From positions 357 through 64,356 of the forward strand of contig JAQBWH010000006.1 of NCBI GenBank assembly GCA_027624625.1: DNA of 64,000 nucleotides, read 5' to 3'. Every line of letters begins with the position of its first letter. The stretch's first letter is position 1. Origin of the DNA: Verrucomicrobiota bacterium. Its GTDB lineage: Bacteria; Verrucomicrobiota; Verrucomicrobiia; Chthoniobacterales; JACTMZ01. The notes below the pieces were generated by a model, which had not been told where the DNA came from, did not search any database, and was given only the letters and a program-made list of their open reading frames with translations. Shown here in pieces: positions 26,063-36,176 of this stretch. Position numbers and translations under genes: made by a program.

Positions 26063-27601
26063 ATGAAACTCATCATCCTGGCCGCAGTTCTCCTCGCCGC
26101 CTGCAGCAAGCAGCCGGAAGGGGACCAGCGCGCCGTCAAATTCTACCAAAGCCCGATGCATCCGTGGATCACCTCGGATCAGCCGGGCCAATGCACCATC
26201 TGCGGCATGGATCTCGTGCCGGTCTATGAGGGAGAGGAGGGTGTCTCGACCGACCCCGGGACCGTCACGCTTATGCCGTCCACGGCCCAGATCATCGGCG
26301 TGGACACGGCACCGGTGGTCCGCGCACCGCTGGAGAAAAGCATTCGCTTATCCGGGGTCATCGAGGACGACGACACCAAGCACGTTATCGTCTCCGCTTT
26401 CTTCGACGGCCGCATCGACCGCGTGTTTGTCGAGCACGTCGGGGAAAATGTGCGCGCAGAGCAACCACTGGCGCAGATTTACAGTCCCGAATTGCTCTAT
26501 ATCGTCCGCGAATTCCAAACCGCGGTCCGCCGGGGTCACGAAGACCCGCAGGCTGCCGTGGCGCGGCAGCGTCTCGTCCAGTTCGGCCTGACGCGCGCGC
26601 AGGTGGAGGAATTGGCTTCGGGCTTGCGGGAAGATTTCGGCCTGAACTTCCGTTCTCCGGTCGACGGCACGCTGGTCGTGCGCAACGTTTACCCGGGCAA
26701 ATACATCAAGGCGGGCGACATGCTCTTCGAGATTGCCGACTTCGGCGTGATGTGGTTCCACGCTACTGTCTACGAGCAGGATCTTCCGTGGATCCGCGTC
26801 GGGGCCAAAGCGCGCGTCACCACCCCGGCCGCGCCGGGGCGGGAGTTCGAGGGAAAGGTCACGCTGATCGACCCCACTTTTGATCCGGAAACGCGCAGCA
26901 CGCGCGTGCGCATCGAAGTGCCGAACCCGGTGGAGGAGACGCACGGCGGCTTGGCACGTGCGCTTCCGCATCGCGCGTATGGCGAGGCGGTTCTTACCGT
27001 AGCGGGCGACTCCGTGGTTCTCGTGCCGCGCAGCGCCGTGCTCGATACGGGCCAGCGCGCCGTGTCCTACGTCGACCGCGGGGGCGGTGCTTACGAGAAA
27101 CGTGATGTCCGCGTGGGACGTCGCGGCGACACCTCGGTGGAGATCCTCGGCGGACTGGCCGAGGGCGAGAAGGTCGTGACGCAGGGCAACTTGATGATCG
27201 ATGCCGAAGCGCAAATGACGCAACCCGAGTCGTTCGGCGTGGGCGAAGCAAAGCCGCCGCATGCGGTGGATGATGCCACCATGAAACGCTGGACCGCATT
27301 GAGCGCAGCCGCCGCGGCTTTGGCCGCGGATGATCTTGCTGCCTTCAACGCGAGTGGCGCAGTCACGGCACCCGCGGCCGACTTGGGTGCGGCACGGAGC
27401 GCGTTTTATGAGGCGGTGACGCCGGCGGTGGAAGAAGCGCTGCGGCATCCCGGCATTGTGCGCGTCTACGAGTGTCCGATGACGGCAGCTTTGTTTCCCG
27501 GCGCGCCGAACAAAGCGCGGTGGATCCAACTCGACGCGCCGCTGCGCAATCCATGGTTCGGCGCCGCCATGCTCGAGTGCGGCTCGGAGGTGAAGCCGTG
27601 A
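26063..27601 (+). CDS. Efflux RND periplasmic adaptor, CusB/CzcB-like, with heavy-metal-binding N- and C-terminal modules
   Basis: Start chosen at MKLIILAAVLLAAC (lipobox). The N-terminal module is YQSPMHPWITSDQPGQCTICGMDLVP. An MFP barrel-sandwich core follows. The C-terminus is YECPM...NPWFGAAMLECG. Confidence 0.85.
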   Translation: MKLIILAAVLLAACSKQPEGDQRAVKFYQSPMHPWITSDQPGQCTICGMDLVPVYEGEEGVSTDPGTVTLMPSTAQIIGVDTAPVVRAPLEKSIRLSGVIEDDDTKHVIVSAFFDGRIDRVFVEHVGENVRAEQPLAQIYSPELLYIVREFQTAVRRGHEDPQAAVARQRLVQFGLTRAQVEELASGLREDFGLNFRSPVDGTLVVRNVYPGKYIKAGDMLFEIADFGVMWFHATVYEQDLPWIRVGAKARVTTPAAPGREFEGKVTLIDPTFDPETRSTRVRIEVPNPVEETHGGLARALPHRAYGEAVLTVAGDSVVLVPRSAVLDTGQRAVSYVDRGGGAYEKRDVRVGRRGDTSVEILGGLAEGEKVVTQGNLMIDAEAQMTQPESFGVGEAKPPHAVDDATMKRWTALSAAAAALAADDLAAFNASGAVTAPAADLGAARSAFYEAVTPAVEEALRHPGIVRVYECPMTAALFPGAPNKARWIQLDAPLRNPWFGAAMLECGSEVKP

Positions 27602-30600
27602 TCGCCGCGATCATAGGATGGTCGTTGTGCAACCGCTTCCTTGTCGTCTGCCTGTTCCTGCTCGTCGCGGCTTACGGTGTCGTCGTTCTGCGCGAGACGC
27701 CGGTCGATGCCATTCCCGACCTGAGCGAAAACCAGGTGATCGTCTTCGCCGATTGGGCGGGGCGCAGCCCGCAGGAGGTCGAAGACCAGGTGACGTATCC
27801 GCTTTCGACCAACCTGCAGGGATTGGCCGGAGTGCGGGAGGTGCGCGGCATTTCCATGTTCGGCTTCTCGTTGCTCACCGTGATTTTCGAGGACAGCATG
27901 GACAACTACTTCGCCCGCACGCGCGTGCTCGAGCGGCTGAGTTTTCTCGCCGACCAGCTGCCGGAAGGCGTGGTGCCACGCTTGGGGCCCGATGCGACCG
28001 GGCTCGGCTGGGTTTACCAATATTACCTCGATGTTGATCCGCAGGTCGCGACGGGCCTCGACCTCGGAAAGTTGCGTTCGTTGCAGGATTACTTCATCCG
28101 CTATCAGTTGGCTTCGGTTCCCGGTGTGGCCGAGGTGGCGGGAATCGGCGGATTTGTCCGCCAATACCAGATCGCGGTTTCATCAGACAAAATGCGCGCG
28201 GTCATGGTTTCGCTGCAGCAAGTGATGGATGCCGTCTCCGCGGCCAACCTCAATGTCGGCGGCAAGGTGATCGAGGAAAACGGACAGGAATTCGTGGTGC
28301 GCGGCGTCGGTCTGGTCGAATCGATCTCCGACCTCGAATCGATCGTCGTGCGCTCGACGGACGGCGTGCCGGTCTATTTGCGTGATATCGCCACCGTCTC
28401 GATCGGCGGGGAATTCCGTCGCGGGTCGCTCGATGTGAATGGGCGCGAGGTGGTCGGCGGCATCGTGGTCATGCGCACCGGCGAGAACGCCATGGCGGTC
28501 ATCCGCGGGATCAAGGAAAAGATCGCGCAGATCCAGCCGAGCTTGCCCGCCGGGGTGACGATCAAATCGTTCTACGACCGCAGCGATTTGATCGAGCGGA
28601 CGATCGACACACTCGGCACCGCTTTGGTCGAGGAGGTGATCCTCGTGACCCTCGCGCACATTGCCTTTCTCTGGCACTTCCGCAGTGTCCTTATCGTCAC
28701 CATTCCGTTGCCGGCTTCGATTCTCATCGCCTTCATTCTCATGCGCGTCTTCGGCATCACGTCGAATATCATGTCGCTGGCCGGAATCGCCATCGCCATC
28801 GGCGTGCTGGTCGACGCGGCCATCGTCATCACGGAAAATGTCATCCGTCGCTGCGAGCAGGCCACAGACCGCAAAGGCTCGCCGCTCACCGCCGCGGAAA
28901 CGCTGCGTGTCACCGGCGAGGCCGCTTCGCAAGTGGGTCGTCCGGTGTTTTTCGCCATGGCCATTATCGTGCTGGCGTTTCTTCCGGTCTTTGCGCTCAC
29001 CGGACAAGAGGGCAAACTTTTTCACCCGTTAGCCTACACCAAAACGTTCGCCATGGTGGCCGCCACCATCCTTGCGCTGACCATCGTGCCCGTCCTCTGC
29101 TCTTGGCTGGTGCGCGGTCCCTTCCATCCGGAGAGCGCCAACCGCATCATGCGTCCGCTCCTACGCCTTTATCGCCCGGTGCTCGATTGGGCTTTGCACC
29201 ATGCGCGTACCGTCCTCGCCCTTGCCGCTGCACTACTCGTTGCCGCGCTCTTCCTCGCCTTCGGCCTGCCGCGCCCTGCGGTGCAATGGCTGCAGGACCG
29301 CGGTTGGACCGGCCTGGCCCGCGCGGCCGGCGGTCTCGGCTCCGAATTCATGCCGCCCCTGAATGAAGGCAGTTTGCTTTTCATGCCCGTGCTGCTCCCC
29401 AGTACCTCGCTCCCCGAGGTGAAGCGCATCATGGGGTGGCAGGACAGCGTCATGCGGACCGTGCCCGAAGTGGAATCCGCCGCGGGCAAACTCGGCCGAG
29501 CCGAGACTCCGACCGATCCGGCGCCGGTGGAAATGATCGAGACCACCATCATGCTGCGGCCGGAGGACCAGTGGCGCCCGGGCATGACCAAAGACAAACT
29601 GGTGGCCGAGCTGACGGAAAAGTTGGCCCAGGTTCCCGGCTATGTGCCGGGTTTTCTCCAGCCGATCGAAAACCGCATCCTTATGCTCAGCACCGGCATC
29701 CGCGCTCAAGTCGGGGTGAAAGTCCTTGGCAGCGATCTCGGTGTCCTGCAACGCAAAGCCTACGAGGTGGAGAAAGTGCTTCGCACGGTGCAAGGCGCGG
29801 TCGGCGTGGCGCCCTCCCGCGTGCAGGCCAAGCCTTATCTGGAGATCATTCCCGACCGCGTGCGCTTGGCCCGTCACGGACTTTCCATGCGCGACATGCT
29901 CGATTACGTGGAGGCCGGATTAGGAGGTGTCAACGCGACGACCACAATCGAAGGGCGGCAACGATTGCCGGTGCAGGTGCGTTTGGCCCGCGGCGAGCGC
30001 GATGACATCGCGCAGATCGGCAACATTCTCGTCGCGGGGAAAGACGGCACTTATGTGCCGCTCGGCCAGTTGGCCGAAATCCGCCGATCGGTCGGACCGA
30101 GCGAAATCCAAAGCGAGGACGGACTGCTCAAGCTCTTCGTCCAAGCCAACGTGCAGGGACGCGATCTCGGCGGGTTTGTGGCCGAAGCGCAGCGCCGTGT
30201 GGCGGAAGAAGTGGCGCCGGAACCCGGCGTGACCATCGTGTGGAGCGGACAATTCGAAAACCAACTGCGCGCCCGCCGCACGCTGCAAGCCGTAGTGCCC
30301 GCCGTCTTGCTCATCATTTTCCTGCTCCTTGTCGTCACCTTCCGCAGCACGCTCGAGGCCGCGCACGTCGTCCTTGCCGTGCCTTTTGCCCTGACCGGCG
30401 GCGTTTTTCTGCAATGGCTGCTCGGCTACAACTTCAGCGTGGCGGTGTGGGTCGGCTACATCGCGCTCTTCGGCACGGCCATCCAGACCGGTGTCGTCAT
30501 GGTCGTTTATCTCGAAGAAACTTTGCAGCGCAAACGGGAGGAGCTGGGAGACAGGTTTTCGCCGGGCGATCTGCTCGCCGCGGTAAAAGAGGGTGCGCTG

Positions 30601-30828
30601 TTGCGCTTGCGTCCCAAAGTCATGACGGTTTCGACCGTGGTGGCCAGCCTGCTACCCATCATGTGGAGCACGAGCACGGGGGCGGAAGTGATGAAACCGA
30701 TCGCGGCTCCAGTGATCGGCGGCATGGTGAGCAGCCTCCTGCATATTCTCGTGGTCACCCCGGTAATCTTCTATGCGCTGCGCTCGCGGGAGATTTTCGG
30801 AAGGAGAGAACGCGCCGTGTTATCATGA
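27598..30828 (+). CDS. Heavy-metal efflux RND pump, CusA/CzcA family
   Basis: The GTG start overlaps the adaptor stop (GTGA). About 1076 aa with 12 TM segments. The N-terminus is IIGWSLCNRFLV...PVDAIPDLSENQVIV. Confidence 0.9.
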   Translation: MIAAIIGWSLCNRFLVVCLFLLVAAYGVVVLRETPVDAIPDLSENQVIVFADWAGRSPQEVEDQVTYPLSTNLQGLAGVREVRGISMFGFSLLTVIFEDSMDNYFARTRVLERLSFLADQLPEGVVPRLGPDATGLGWVYQYYLDVDPQVATGLDLGKLRSLQDYFIRYQLASVPGVAEVAGIGGFVRQYQIAVSSDKMRAVMVSLQQVMDAVSAANLNVGGKVIEENGQEFVVRGVGLVESISDLESIVVRSTDGVPVYLRDIATVSIGGEFRRGSLDVNGREVVGGIVVMRTGENAMAVIRGIKEKIAQIQPSLPAGVTIKSFYDRSDLIERTIDTLGTALVEEVILVTLAHIAFLWHFRSVLIVTIPLPASILIAFILMRVFGITSNIMSLAGIAIAIGVLVDAAIVITENVIRRCEQATDRKGSPLTAAETLRVTGEAASQVGRPVFFAMAIIVLAFLPVFALTGQEGKLFHPLAYTKTFAMVAATILALTIVPVLCSWLVRGPFHPESANRIMRPLLRLYRPVLDWALHHARTVLALAAALLVAALFLAFGLPRPAVQWLQDRGWTGLARAAGGLGSEFMPPLNEGSLLFMPVLLPSTSLPEVKRIMGWQDSVMRTVPEVESAAGKLGRAETPTDPAPVEMIETTIMLRPEDQWRPGMTKDKLVAELTEKLAQVPGYVPGFLQPIENRILMLSTGIRAQVGVKVLGSDLGVLQRKAYEVEKVLRTVQGAVGVAPSRVQAKPYLEIIPDRVRLARHGLSMRDMLDYVEAGLGGVNATTTIEGRQRLPVQVRLARGERDDIAQIGNILVAGKDGTYVPLGQLAEIRRSVGPSEIQSEDGLLKLFVQANVQGRDLGGFVAEAQRRVAEEVAPEPGVTIVWSGQFENQLRARRTLQAVVPAVLLIIFLLLVVTFRSTLEAAHVVLAVPFALTGGVFLQWLLGYNFSVAVWVGYIALFGTAIQTGVVMVVYLEETLQRKREELGDRFSPGDLLAAVKEGALLRLRPKVMTVSTVVASLLPIMWSTSTGAEVMKPIAAPVIGGMVSSLLHILVVTPVIFYALRSREIFGRRERAVLS

Positions 30829-32933
30829 GCGACTGCTGTCATCACCAGAAGAAAACGACGCCGGCGGTGCCGGTGACCGGCGCGCGATACATTTGCCCGA
30901 TGCATCCGGAGGTGGTCGGTGCCACTCCGGGAGACTGCCCGATCTGCGGCATGGCTCTCGAACCGGTGGGCGGTGCGCCGGATGACGGTGCCGAACTGCG
31001 CGACATGACGTGGCGTCTCGTCGTGGCATCGGTTCTGACAATTCCGCTGGTTGTTCTGGTTATGGCGCATTGGTTTCCGGATTCTGCCTTGGCCCATTGG
31101 AGCCACCGTGCGGCGGCGCGTTGGATGCAAGTCGCGCTTTCCACTCCGGTCTTGTTCGTCTGCGGTTGGCCGTTCCTGCGCCGTGCGTGGCAATCGCTCC
31201 TCAACCGCTCGCCGAACATGTTCACCCTCATCGCCACGGGCACGCTCGCCGCGTGGGGATTCAGCCTGTCGGTGCTGCTTTTTCCCGGATGGGCCGGGAC
31301 GGACGCGCTCTATTTCGAAGCGGCAGCGGTCATTATCACGCTGGTTCTGGCCGGACAAGTTCTGGAGTTGCGCGCGCGGCGGCGGACGGGTGATGCCCTG
31401 CGCGCTCTCATGGATCTGGCGCCGGCCACGGCATGGCGCGTGGCGGCGGACGGCTCCGCGCAGGAAGTTCCGCTGGCCGAAGTGGCCATCGGCGATGTGT
31501 TGCGGGTCAAACCGGGCGGCAAAGTTCCGGTCGATGGCGAAGTCATCTCCGGACACAGCGCGCTCGATGAATCGATGTTCACCGGCGAATCCCTGCCGGT
31601 CGAAGTCGGCCCAAGCGCGAGAGTGCGTGCCGGTACGATCAACGGGCGCGGCGCCTTCGATCTGCGCGCCGTTGCTGTCGGGTCGTCCACCTTGCTTGCG
31701 CAAATCGTCGATCTTGTTGCCCAGGCCCAGCGGTCCCGTGCTCCGGTGGAAGATCTCGCCGACCGCGTATCCGCCGTTTTCGTTCCCGCCGTGGTCGCGT
31801 GCGCGGTTGTGAGTTTTGCCACGTGGATGTTTTTCACCGCATCGTGGTCCATGGCGGTGACCACCTCCGTCGCCGTGCTGATCATTGCTTGCCCGTGCGC
31901 CATCGGCCTGGCCGTGCCCGTCTCCATTACGGTCGGGATGGGCCGCGCCGCGCGGCTCGGGGTCCTTGTGCGCCAACCGTCGGCCCTCGAGCGTTTCGAA
32001 AAAATCGATACCCTATGCCTCGACAAGACCGGAACCCTGACCGAAGGACGGCCCGAAGTGGTCGAAGTCGTTGCCGCACCCGGCGTTCCGGAAAACGATG
32101 TGTGGTCCGTAGCTGCGGCACTCGAATCGAATAGCGAACATCCGCTGGCTGCCGCTGTGCTGCGTGGCGCGGAAGGGCGGGGAGTTCGTCCGCAGTCGGC
32201 GGAAAACTTCAACTCGTCTCCCGGCGGCGGAGTGAGCGGCCGGTTGGACGGGCGTGAGGTTCGGGCCGGAACTCCCGAATTCGCCGGTGGCGGTGGTCCG
32301 GAGGATGATGCGGCGCGATCGCGGATCGATGTTTCGGCGGATGGGCATTGGCTCGGGACCATGTTTCTGGCCGACCGGATCAAGGAGTCGGCGCGTGCGG
32401 CGTTGGACAAGTTCCGCGCGTCCGGGGTGCGCATTGTCATGTTGACCGGCGATCGTGAACCCGTGGCCCGCCGCGTCGCCGCCGAATTGGGCATCGGGGA
32501 ATTCCGCGCCGCAATGAGCCCGCAGGGCAAAGCGGCGGCAGTGGAGGAAATGCGGAAGCAGGGACGCGTCGTCTGCATGGCTGGGGACGGCGTCAACGAT
32601 GCGCCGGCCTTGGCCGCGGCCGACACGAGCATCGCCATGGGCGCGGGCAGTGATGTGGCCAAGGAAACGGCCGATCTTGTTTTAATCCATCCCTCCCTTG
32701 ATGGCGTGGTCCGCGCCTTTGCTCTCGGCCGCGCCATCATGCGCAATGTGCGGCAGAACCTCTTTCTCGCCTTTGCCTACAATGTGCTCGGCATTCCCAT
32801 CGCCGCGGGTCTGCTTTATCCGCTGACCGGTTGGTTGCTCGATCCGATGATCGCGGGCGCGGCGATGAGTTTGAGTTCGGTTTCCGTCATCGCCAACGCC
32901 TTGCGCCTCAACCGCAGCCTGCGCGTAAGTTGA
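30825..32933 (+). CDS. Heavy-metal (Cu+/Ag+-type) translocating P1B-type ATPase
   Basis: The ATG overlaps the pump stop (ATGA). 702 aa. The N-terminus is MSDCCHH plus YICPMHPEVVGATPGDCPICGM. It also has TGES, a CPC transmembrane motif, DKTGTLT and GDGVNDAPAL. Confidence 0.9.
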   Translation: MSDCCHHQKKTTPAVPVTGARYICPMHPEVVGATPGDCPICGMALEPVGGAPDDGAELRDMTWRLVVASVLTIPLVVLVMAHWFPDSALAHWSHRAAARWMQVALSTPVLFVCGWPFLRRAWQSLLNRSPNMFTLIATGTLAAWGFSLSVLLFPGWAGTDALYFEAAAVIITLVLAGQVLELRARRRTGDALRALMDLAPATAWRVAADGSAQEVPLAEVAIGDVLRVKPGGKVPVDGEVISGHSALDESMFTGESLPVEVGPSARVRAGTINGRGAFDLRAVAVGSSTLLAQIVDLVAQAQRSRAPVEDLADRVSAVFVPAVVACAVVSFATWMFFTASWSMAVTTSVAVLIIACPCAIGLAVPVSITVGMGRAARLGVLVRQPSALERFEKIDTLCLDKTGTLTEGRPEVVEVVAAPGVPENDVWSVAAALESNSEHPLAAAVLRGAEGRGVRPQSAENFNSSPGGGVSGRLDGREVRAGTPEFAGGGGPEDDAARSRIDVSADGHWLGTMFLADRIKESARAALDKFRASGVRIVMLTGDREPVARRVAAELGIGEFRAAMSPQGKAAAVEEMRKQGRVVCMAGDGVNDAPALAAADTSIAMGAGSDVAKETADLVLIHPSLDGVVRAFALGRAIMRNVRQNLFLAFAYNVLGIPIAAGLLYPLTGWLLDPMIAGAAMSLSSVSVIANALRLNRSLRVS

Positions 32934-32943
32934 ACACTGCGGG

Positions 32944-33510
32944 TTACTCGCCGAGGGCTTCGGCCACGGCACGCTGGAAGACTTTTTCCTCGGGCGCAAG
33001 GCCGGTCCAGCGCTGGAAAATTTGCATGGCCAATTGCACGAGCATTTCCACCCCGTCGACGGTGCGGCAACCGCGATCACGGGCGGTGGCGAGGAAAGGG
33101 GTGATGCGTGGATTGGTGATCACAGCGACTACGGCGCAGTCCGTGCTGACCGTATCCCAAAGCACCGGCACCGGTTCCAGTTCGGGCGCGCAGCCCAGAT
33201 GGGTGGCGTTCATGAGCAATGTGGTCCCGGCCGGCACTTCCACTTCCTGCTGCCATGCCTGCCGTTGGCTGGGCACGCCGCTGGCCTTCTCGACGAGGGC
33301 GGCCGCTTCGCAGTCCTGCTTTGCGCGGCGCATCACAAGGGTCATCATGGCGGCTCCGGCCCAGGCGATTTCCACGGCCATGGCGCACACGTCATCATCA
33401 GCTTCGTCGAGCAATGGAATGACCGCCACTTTGTAGGGCACGGTGACGCACATCCCGCGGTAGCCGAGCGGCACGAGGGCAGCCACGAGGTGACCGAGCA
33501 TGCCGGTCAT
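32944..33510 (-). pseudogene. Shikimate dehydrogenase (AroE)-like, N-terminally truncated and internally shortened
   Basis: 188 aa starting from MTGMLGH. It retains CVTVPYK and the C-terminal LLMNATHLG...TPFL...DGVEMLVQLAMQIFQRWTG. It lacks the N-terminal roughly 40 aa, the NTD motif and the GAGGA NADP loop. Confidence 0.5.
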
Positions 33511-33536
33511 TTGCGGGCAGAAGGCTGCTTGGATCC

Positions 33537-34169
33537 TTACGCGCTGATGGCAGCGAGGTAGTTCTTCTCGGCTTGGTCCCAGTTGACCGTGTTCCACCAG
33601 GCTTTGAGGTAATCGGGGCGGCGGTTTTGGTAGTTGAGATAATACGCGTGTTCCCAGACGTCGCAGCCGATGACTGGTGTGCCTTCGACGCCGGCGACGG
33701 CTTTGCCCATGAGGGGGCTGTCTTGGTTGGCGGTGGAGACGACTTCGAGTTGGCCGTTGTTGACCACGAGCCAAGCCCAGCCGCTGCCGAAGCGCGTGGC
33801 ACCGGCTTTTTCAAAGGCCTCTTTGCAGGCGTCGAAGCTGCCGAATTTGGCTTGGATCGCCTCGGCCAGTTTGCCCTTGGGTTCACCTCCGGCGTTGGGG
33901 CCCATGATGGTCCAGAAGAAGGAGTGGTTGGCGTGGCCGCCGGCATTGTTGCGCAGGGCGGTGCGGATGGCCTCGGGGACAGCAGCGAGGTCGGCGATCA
34001 GTTCGTTGACCGGTTTGGCTGCGAGGTCGGGATGGTCTTTGAGCGCGTTATTCGCGTTGGTGATGTAAGCTTGATGGTGTTTGTCGTGATGGATTTCCAT
34101 CGTGCGCGCGTCGATGTTCGGTTCGAGGGCGTTGTTTGCGTAAGTAAGGGGTGGAAGTTCGTAGGCCAT
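33537..34169 (-). CDS. sodA: Superoxide dismutase, Fe/Mn family
   Basis: 210 aa. It has [16 protein letters not shown] and DVWEHAYYL. Metal specificity is not resolved. Confidence 0.9.
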   Translation of the reverse strand: MAYELPPLTYANNALEPNIDARTMEIHHDKHHQAYITNANNALKDHPDLAAKPVNELIADLAAVPEAIRTALRNNAGGHANHSFFWTIMGPNAGGEPKGKLAEAIQAKFGSFDACKEAFEKAGATRFGSGWAWLVVNNGQLEVVSTANQDSPLMGKAVAGVEGTPVIGCDVWEHAYYLNYQNRRPDYLKAWWNTVNWDQAEKNYLAAISA

Positions 34170-34232
34170 ATTATTTAATTTATTGAAGAGGCAGGTTATC
34201 GGCCGCCGGCGACAGGAGCAAGCGGGACCGTA

Positions 34233-35468
34233 TCAATCCACCGTCGAGATGGTGTAGCCACGTTCTCGCAAGGCGGCGGCCGCCATGGGAGTGAGTTGTC
34301 CGTCGGTCCATAATTCGGCCCCTGTGGGACGCGCGCCTTCGCCCTGGAGCAAGGCTTGGGAAATTTCATCGGCGGTGGGGGTCCACCAGAGGAGGTCGGC
34401 CGGCAGCGGGACAACCAACTCGTTTTGCTCCGAAACGGCCACCGGCAGCGCGTGGAAGATTTCAAGGCGGGCCAGCGGTCCCTGCGCGGCCACGCGGCGT
34501 GCGAGCAGAGCAGCAACTTCCCGGTAGTAGGTCGCATCCGCGCTATCCTCCACCCCGGCGCAGGAGGCAACGAATTGCGGGATACCTTTCTTCGTCCCCA
34601 ATTGCTTGAGGGCATCGACCAGCACGGTGGTCGACGCGGGGGTGAACCAGCGGTTGGCGAAAAGCGCGGCGATGGTGCCCGGTGGAACGCCGAGCGAACT
34701 CAGGTCCTCGCGATCCGAGGCGCGCAAGTCGGCCGCGGAGGACGAGACGATTTTTTTCGTCAGATTGCCGCTGATATTCAACCCGGTGACTGTTCCGGAG
34801 ACGGCCGCAGGCGCGACCAGCATGGTGAGGGCCTTTACTCCGATGCCGCCGAAATAAGCCGCGGATGCGGTCTCGTTGAGGATGTTTTGGAAGGTTTCGT
34901 CCGGCAGGTAGGGGTCAACCCCGAGGGAGACGGCCAACTGACGCTTGATGCTGCCGAGGCCGATGAGGTCCGAGGCGGCCGTGGAGTTCGCGCTGCCTTC
35001 GGCCATCTGGCGGCTGTTTTCTTTGATTTGTCGGCCGGTCCGTTTGAGAAAACTCATCGCCCCCTTGGGCAGGGCGGCGAGTGTCTTGGCCGGATCGGTC
35101 ACCAACTTGGCGGCCGCTTCGACCGGTGCCTTGGCGGCTTGGCCCGCGGCCCGGCCGAACATTTTTTCACGATCCATTTTTCCGAGTTCGGCGATGGCGT
35201 GGAGCATGGCGGCATAGGCGGCGAGGTTCTCCCGGCCGGAAAGGGCAAATCGTCCCCGCGGACCCGTGCCGGAAAAGCGCAAACTGGCGCCATCCGGCGC
35301 CGCCAGGGGATCAAGCACCAAGCCGGCGCCGTCGATCGTTTCGGCGGAAACATAATCGGCCGCGGCGACCGGAACCGGGGTTTCGTGGGATGCCGCTGCG
35401 GCGTGTGCGGCGCCGGTCAAGAGTCCGCCGGCGAGCAGAGCGAGAACGAGGGTGAGATTTTTTTTCAC
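34233..35468 (-). CDS. Secreted hypothetical protein
   Basis: Start chosen at GTG (VKKNLTLVLALLAGGLLTGAAHAAAA, a signal peptide). 411 aa with no recognised domain. Confidence 0.55.
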   Translation of the reverse strand: MKKNLTLVLALLAGGLLTGAAHAAAASHETPVPVAAADYVSAETIDGAGLVLDPLAAPDGASLRFSGTGPRGRFALSGRENLAAYAAMLHAIAELGKMDREKMFGRAAGQAAKAPVEAAAKLVTDPAKTLAALPKGAMSFLKRTGRQIKENSRQMAEGSANSTAASDLIGLGSIKRQLAVSLGVDPYLPDETFQNILNETASAAYFGGIGVKALTMLVAPAAVSGTVTGLNISGNLTKKIVSSSAADLRASDREDLSSLGVPPGTIAALFANRWFTPASTTVLVDALKQLGTKKGIPQFVASCAGVEDSADATYYREVAALLARRVAAQGPLARLEIFHALPVAVSEQNELVVPLPADLLWWTPTADEISQALLQGEGARPTGAELWTDGQLTPMAAAALRERGYTISTVD

Positions 35469-35497
35469 GCGGAAGTTGGTTTGCGGGGAGAGGGGTC

Positions 35498-36172
35498 TCA
35501 AGCCTCCTCCAAGGCGCCGTCGCGGATGTGGAGGACCCGGTCGCCGCGGGCGGCGAGGTTGGTGTCGTGGGTCACGGCGAGGAGCGTGGTGCCGTGCTCC
35601 CGGGCCAAACCGAGGAGGAGGTCGACGATTTCCCCGCCGGTGCGGGAGTCAAGGTTGCCGGTGGGTTCGTCGGCGAAGAGCATGCCGGGACGGTTGACCA
35701 GGGAGCGGGCGATGGCCACGCGTTGCTGTTCGCCGCCGGAGAGTTCGGAGGGAAGGTGACCGGTGCGGTCGGCGAGGCCGACTTGCTGGAGCAAGCCGGC
35801 GGCGCGGGCCAAGTCGGGGCGGCCGCCGATGAGTCCGGGCAGTGCCACATTCTCCAAGGCGGTCAATTCGGGCAGAAGCATGTAGCTCTGGAAGACGAAT
35901 CCCATGCGCGTGTTGCGCAGTTCGGCTTGGCGGGCGGCGGAGACGCCGTAGAGGTCCTCATTTTCGAAACGGACTTCGCCGGTGGTGGGACGCTCGAGCC
36001 CGGCCAAGGTGTAGAGGAGGGTGCTTTTGCCCGCCCCGGAGGCGCCGCAGAGGAAGACGGTCTCGCCGCGGAGCACGGTGAGGTCGAGTCCGCGCAGGAT
36101 TTCGAGGGTGGAACTGCCGAGACGGAACGACTTGCGGAGTTCGCGCGCCTGCAAATGGACGTCGTCCGCCAT
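35498..36172 (-). CDS. ABC transporter ATP-binding protein, LolD/MacB/FtsE-like
   Basis: Start chosen at MADDVH. It has Walker A GASGAGKST, signature LSGGEQQR and Walker B LFADEPTGNLD. No permease gene is adjacent. Confidence 0.85.
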   Translation of the reverse strand: MADDVHLQARELRKSFRLGSSTLEILRGLDLTVLRGETVFLCGASGAGKSTLLYTLAGLERPTTGEVRFENEDLYGVSAARQAELRNTRMGFVFQSYMLLPELTALENVALPGLIGGRPDLARAAGLLQQVGLADRTGHLPSELSGGEQQRVAIARSLVNRPGMLFADEPTGNLDSRTGGEIVDLLLGLAREHGTTLLAVTHDTNLAARGDRVLHIRDGALEEA

Positions 36173-36176
36173 GGAA

